This document shows positions 60,628-64,000 of a stretch of 64,000 nucleotides of DNA, piece after piece (the stretch's first letter is position 1; each line of letters starts with the position of its first letter). The DNA lies in NCBI GenBank assembly GCA_021821785.1, contig JAKACD010000004.1:1102-65101 (forward strand). The letters run 5' to 3'. Below the pieces are notes generated by a model that ran no database searches, had not been told where the DNA came from, and saw only the letters and a program-made list of their open reading frames with translations. The DNA is from Thermoplasmata archaeon. Lineage in GTDB: Archaea; Thermoplasmatota; Thermoplasmata; Lutacidiplasmatales; UBA184. Both the position numbers and the translations under genes were made by a program.

Positions 60628-62666
60628 GCCCCCGGCCGGTCGCCGCCGCGCCCATCCCGACGCTCCCCGGCCGATTCCAGCTCGAGACGGACATGGTCCC
60701 GCAGGGGGACCAGCCGCGGGCGATCGAGGAGGTGGTCGAACGGCTGTCCCGCGGCGAGCGGTTCGTGACGCTGCTCGGGGTGACCGGCAGCGGCAAGACG
60801 TTCACGATGGCCCATACGGTCGCGCGGCTGCAGCGACCGACCTTGGTCGTGAGCCCGAACAAGACCCTCGCGGCCCAGCTGGTCAGCGAGTTCCGGGCCC
60901 TCTTCCCGTCGAACGCCGTCGAGTACTTCGTGAGCTACTACGATTACTATCAGCCCGAGGCGTACGTCCCCCAGATCGACCTCTACATCGAGAAGGATGC
61001 GTCGATCAACGAGGAGATCGACCGGCTTCGGCACCGCGCGACGCAGGCGCTCCTGACTCGGAGGGACGTGCTGATCGTCGCGTCGGTGAGCTGCATCTAC
61101 GGTCTCGGCTCCCCGGAAGACTACCGGGCCTCCGTCGTCGAGCTCCGGGTCGGTCAGTCGATCTCGCGCCAGACGCTCCTCGAGCAGCTCGTCCGCATGA
61201 AGTACAACCGGAACGACGTCGAGCTGAAGCGCGGCCGCTTCCGGGTGCGGGGCGGCACCATCGACCTCATGGGCGCCGGGGAGACGGTCCACCGGATCGT
61301 CCTCGACGGGAGCACGATCGGGGCCATCGCGGAGCTCGATCCGATCACCCGGGAAGAACGGCGGGAGCTGACGAGCCTCTCGGTCTTCCCGGCCACGCAC
61401 TTCCTCACGGTCGATGAGCGGCTCAAAGCGATCCTCGCCGAGATCGAGCGGGAGCGGGACAGCCGGGTCGACGAGCTGAAGCGCGCCGAGCGGATCGTGG
61501 AGGCCCAGCGGCTGCAGGGCCGGGTCGACTACGACCTCGAGATGATCCGGGAGACGGGCTACTGCTCCGGGATCGAGAACTACGCGCGCTACTTCTCCGG
61601 GCGAAAGCCGGGCGAGCCTCCGTACACCCTGCTCGACTTCTTCCCGAAGGACTTCCTCGTCTTCTTGGACGAGTCCCACGTCACCGTGCCCCAGCTCCAG
61701 GGGATGTACAAAGGGGACCGCAGCCGCAAGGACAACCTGGTCGAGTTCGGTTGGCGACTCCCTTCGTGCCGGGACAACCGTCCCCTCAAGTTCCCCGAGT
61801 TCCTCACCCACGTGCCCCAGGTGGTCTTCGTCTCCGCCACCCCCGGGCCGTTCGAGCGGAAGGCATCGAAGGGGCTGGTCGAGCAGATCATCCGGCCGAC
61901 CGGTCTCGTCGACCCCCCGATCGAGGTCCGCCCGCTCGCCGGGCACATCGCCGACCTCGTCGCCGAGCTCAAGGCGTGCATCGCGCGGGGAGACCGCGCC
62001 CTCGTCACGACGCTCACGAAAGCGACCAGCGAGGAGCTCGCGAGCTACCTCGCGAACCTCGGCTTGAAGGTCCGCTACCTGCACTCGGAAGTGGAGACGC
62101 TGAAGCGGGTCGAGATACTGCGGGATCTGCGGCTCGGCCGGTTCGACGCGCTCGTCGGGATCAACCTGCTCCGGGAGGGGCTCGACCTGCCCGAGGTGAG
62201 CTTCGTCGCGATCCTCGATGCGGACAAGGAAGGCTATCTCCGCAGCGAGACCTCGATCGTCCAGACCGCCGGTCGCGCGAGCCGCAACCTCTCGGGAAAG
62301 GTCGTTCTGTACGCCGATCGCATCACCGGCTCGATGAAGCGGGCCATCTCCGAGATGTCCCGGCGCCGGGAGGCCCAGCTCGCGTTCAACGCGGAGCACG
62401 GCATCGTCCCCGAGACGATCCGTAAGGAGGTCCGATCGCTCCTGGCCCTGGGCGAGGAGGCCCCGTCCGGCGAACTCTCGACCGCCGGGCTCGGCAAGCA
62501 CTGGAAGGACCGCCTGCCGCTGCTCCTCGCGAATCTCGAGGAAGAGATGCGGCTCGCCGCCGAGCAGCTCGACTTCGAGGAGGCGGCGCGGATCCGGGAC
62601 CGGATCCGGGAGATCCGACGGTCGGCCGAGGCCCGCGTCGCGGCGCGCCCGGCGGCCCGTCGATAA
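60624..62666 (+). CDS. uvrB: excinuclease ABC subunit B
   Basis: GVTGSGKTFTMA, YFVSYYDYYQPEAY, DESHVT, and a C-terminal UVR domain (FEEAARIRD). The ATGA overlaps the upstream stop. Confidence 0.96.
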   Translation: MSPRPVAAAPIPTLPGRFQLETDMVPQGDQPRAIEEVVERLSRGERFVTLLGVTGSGKTFTMAHTVARLQRPTLVVSPNKTLAAQLVSEFRALFPSNAVEYFVSYYDYYQPEAYVPQIDLYIEKDASINEEIDRLRHRATQALLTRRDVLIVASVSCIYGLGSPEDYRASVVELRVGQSISRQTLLEQLVRMKYNRNDVELKRGRFRVRGGTIDLMGAGETVHRIVLDGSTIGAIAELDPITREERRELTSLSVFPATHFLTVDERLKAILAEIERERDSRVDELKRAERIVEAQRLQGRVDYDLEMIRETGYCSGIENYARYFSGRKPGEPPYTLLDFFPKDFLVFLDESHVTVPQLQGMYKGDRSRKDNLVEFGWRLPSCRDNRPLKFPEFLTHVPQVVFVSATPGPFERKASKGLVEQIIRPTGLVDPPIEVRPLAGHIADLVAELKACIARGDRALVTTLTKATSEELASYLANLGLKVRYLHSEVETLKRVEILRDLRLGRFDALVGINLLREGLDLPEVSFVAILDADKEGYLRSETSIVQTAGRASRNLSGKVVLYADRITGSMKRAISEMSRRREAQLAFNAEHGIVPETIRKEVRSLLALGEEAPSGELSTAGLGKHWKDRLPLLLANLEEEMRLAAEQLDFEEAARIRDRIREIRRSAEARVAARPAARR

Positions 62667-62722
62667 ACGCCTTTTGCCTCCTCAGGAAAAACCCTTTTAC
62701 TTGAGGATGGGTCGGGCCGATC

Positions 62723-63574
62723 GTGCCGTCCCCGACCTCACCGGCCGAACCCGTCCGGGGCCTCCCCGGCCTGCGCCGGAGCGGCACCGTGACCGAGCTC
62801 CTGTTCCTCTTTGAGTGCGCGACCCGCGAGCCCTCTCAGCTGCGACCGGTCGCCGAACGCCTCGGTCTCACGGTGCAGGCCGCCTCGCACGTCTTCCGCC
62901 AGCTCCGGGGGCGGGGCCTGGTCGTCGTGCGCGACGGCCGGTACCGGCCCACGGTCGAGGGGGTGGCGTGGCTCCACCAGAGCCTCGTCCGCCTCGGGGA
63001 CGACGTGCGGCTTTACGTCGAGCGGCTCCACGTGATCCGGTCGACGCGGGCCGTGGCCGCGGAGGACCTCGCGGCCGGGACGGCCGTGTCGCTCGATATC
63101 GTCGGCGGGCTCCTCACGGCGCGTTCGGGAGGCGGCGGCCCGTCCCACGGGCGGGTCGTGGGGAGCGTCCGGGCCGGGGCGCTCGTCGAGGTCAGCGACC
63201 TCGAGGGGATCGTGCCGATCACGACCGCGGTCGTGACCGTCCGCACGCTCTCCGAGGATGACCTTGCGGACCCGCGGCTCTCCCGCCGCCTCGCGGCCGC
63301 GCTGCCCGACGGACGCGGTCTCCTCGGTGCCGAGGGGCTCGAGGCGTACCGGTCGCTCGAGCGGGCGACCGACCGGCCGATCGTGCGGTTCGCGGTCGCC
63401 GCCTCCGCCCTCGAGGCGGCGCGCATCGGGGTCCCGAGCACGGTGGTCGTGCTGGCCCGGGACCTGCCGTTGCTCCTCTCGGCGTTCTCGGTCGGGAATC
63501 CGCCGCCGCTCGACGTGCGGCCGCTTCCGCCGCTAGCCGGTCGGCCCCGTCGCCGATCCGGGGCCCGCTCCTGA
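62723..63574 (+). CDS. winged-helix (MarR-like) N-terminal domain protein with uncharacterised C-terminal domains; putative regulator
   Basis: LRPVAERLGLTVQAASHVFRQLRGRGLVVVRDGRYRPTVEG resembles a wHTH. GTG start, with an AT island at 62694-62702 about 25 nt upstream. Confidence 0.55.
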   Translation: MPSPTSPAEPVRGLPGLRRSGTVTELLFLFECATREPSQLRPVAERLGLTVQAASHVFRQLRGRGLVVVRDGRYRPTVEGVAWLHQSLVRLGDDVRLYVERLHVIRSTRAVAAEDLAAGTAVSLDIVGGLLTARSGGGGPSHGRVVGSVRAGALVEVSDLEGIVPITTAVVTVRTLSEDDLADPRLSRRLAAALPDGRGLLGAEGLEAYRSLERATDRPIVRFAVAASALEAARIGVPSTVVVLARDLPLLLSAFSVGNPPPLDVRPLPPLAGRPRRRSGARS

Positions 63575-64000
63575 GCGTTCGAGCTCTGCCCGGATCGCTG
63601 CGAGGAGCGCCGGGAGGTCGTCGACCTCGCGGGCTCCGCCCCCGAGAAGCTCCGCATAGACCCGCGTGGCCCGTCCCTCGGTGAAGTCGCGGGCGGCGAG
63701 CGGCGGGGTCCGGAGGAGGAACGTCGGGGTCTTGCCGACATGCGCCCGCAGGTCCTCGAGATTGGCGAGGTTCGCGGGGCCGACCGCGAACGGCGCGACC
63801 ACAATGACCCGGGCCGCGGCCAGCAGGCGTTCGTGCTGCGCGCGGGCGGCGGCCCCGAGGGGGGCGAAGGGACTCTCGATCGCGCTCGGGAGCCCCAGCG
63901 CTTCGGCCACCTCTTCGTCCGTGTCGAGGAGGTGGAGCGCGCCGGTCGTCACGCGGTAGCCCGCATCGGTCAACCGCCGCAGGATCGGGGCTGCCGCGCC
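63533..64000 (-). CDS. hypothetical protein, 5' end outside the window
   Basis: The frame stays open upstream of the listed TTG to the window edge (GAAAPILRRL TDAGYRV...). The LHLLD segment is vaguely ABC-ATPase H-loop-like, but I cannot assign a family. Confidence 0.45.
   Translation of the reverse strand, partial: GAAAPILRRLTDAGYRVTTGALHLLDTDEEVAEALGLPSAIESPFAPLGAAARAQHERLLAAARVIVVAPFAVGPANLANLEDLRAHVGKTPTFLLRTPPLAARDFTEGRATRVYAELLGGGAREVDDLPALLAAIRAELERSGAGPGSATGPTG

Overview
This is a 64-kb segment of a very GC-rich archaeal chromosome. Archaeal hallmarks include family-B DNA polymerase, aEF-2, exosome Rrp4/Rrp41/Rrp42, proteasome alpha, SBDS, SRP19, RadB, S8e, L37Ae and RpoP. By eye I call about 67 protein genes, one tRNA-Pro(GGG), several short AT-rich TATA-like islands and two Shine-Dalgarno-like sites.

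The content is overwhelmingly core housekeeping:
- Aerobic respiration and heme A synthesis (coxI-ctaA-ctaB).
- An Entner-Doudoroff-type sugar module (glucose dehydrogenase plus a KDG-aldolase-like DapA-family gene).
- ADP-forming acetyl-CoA synthetase and a two-subunit 2-oxoacid:ferredoxin oxidoreductase.
- Molybdopterin genes (moaD, moaE, moeA).
- Purine and pyrimidine genes (purM, purQ, pyrC).
- The S12-S7-EF2 operon.
- The exosome/proteasome superoperon, here followed by a beta-CASP RNase, radB and ogt.
- DNA repair genes (udg-polB, Lhr, UvrB).

I found no rRNA, CRISPR array, transposase or integrase, prophage or recognisable defence island, and I cannot point to a clear-cut novel multi-gene system.

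The items most worth a second look are:
- A 100-aa acidic protein ending in a ribosomal P-stalk-like tail.
- A catalytically degenerate TraB/Tiki-like paralog translationally coupled to a COG1395-type HTH regulator.
- A Trm1 gene whose conserved N-terminus lies upstream of any canonical start codon.
- Long convergent gene overlaps (306 nt and 128 nt).
- A divergent membrane-protein/flippase pair.
- A highly regular TATA-to-start-codon spacing that implies mostly leaderless mRNAs.

The lineage guess (an aerobic Thermoplasmatota-like euryarchaeon) is inference only. All calls rest on motif recognition in the supplied ORF translations and manual reading of the DNA. No database search or folding program was run.
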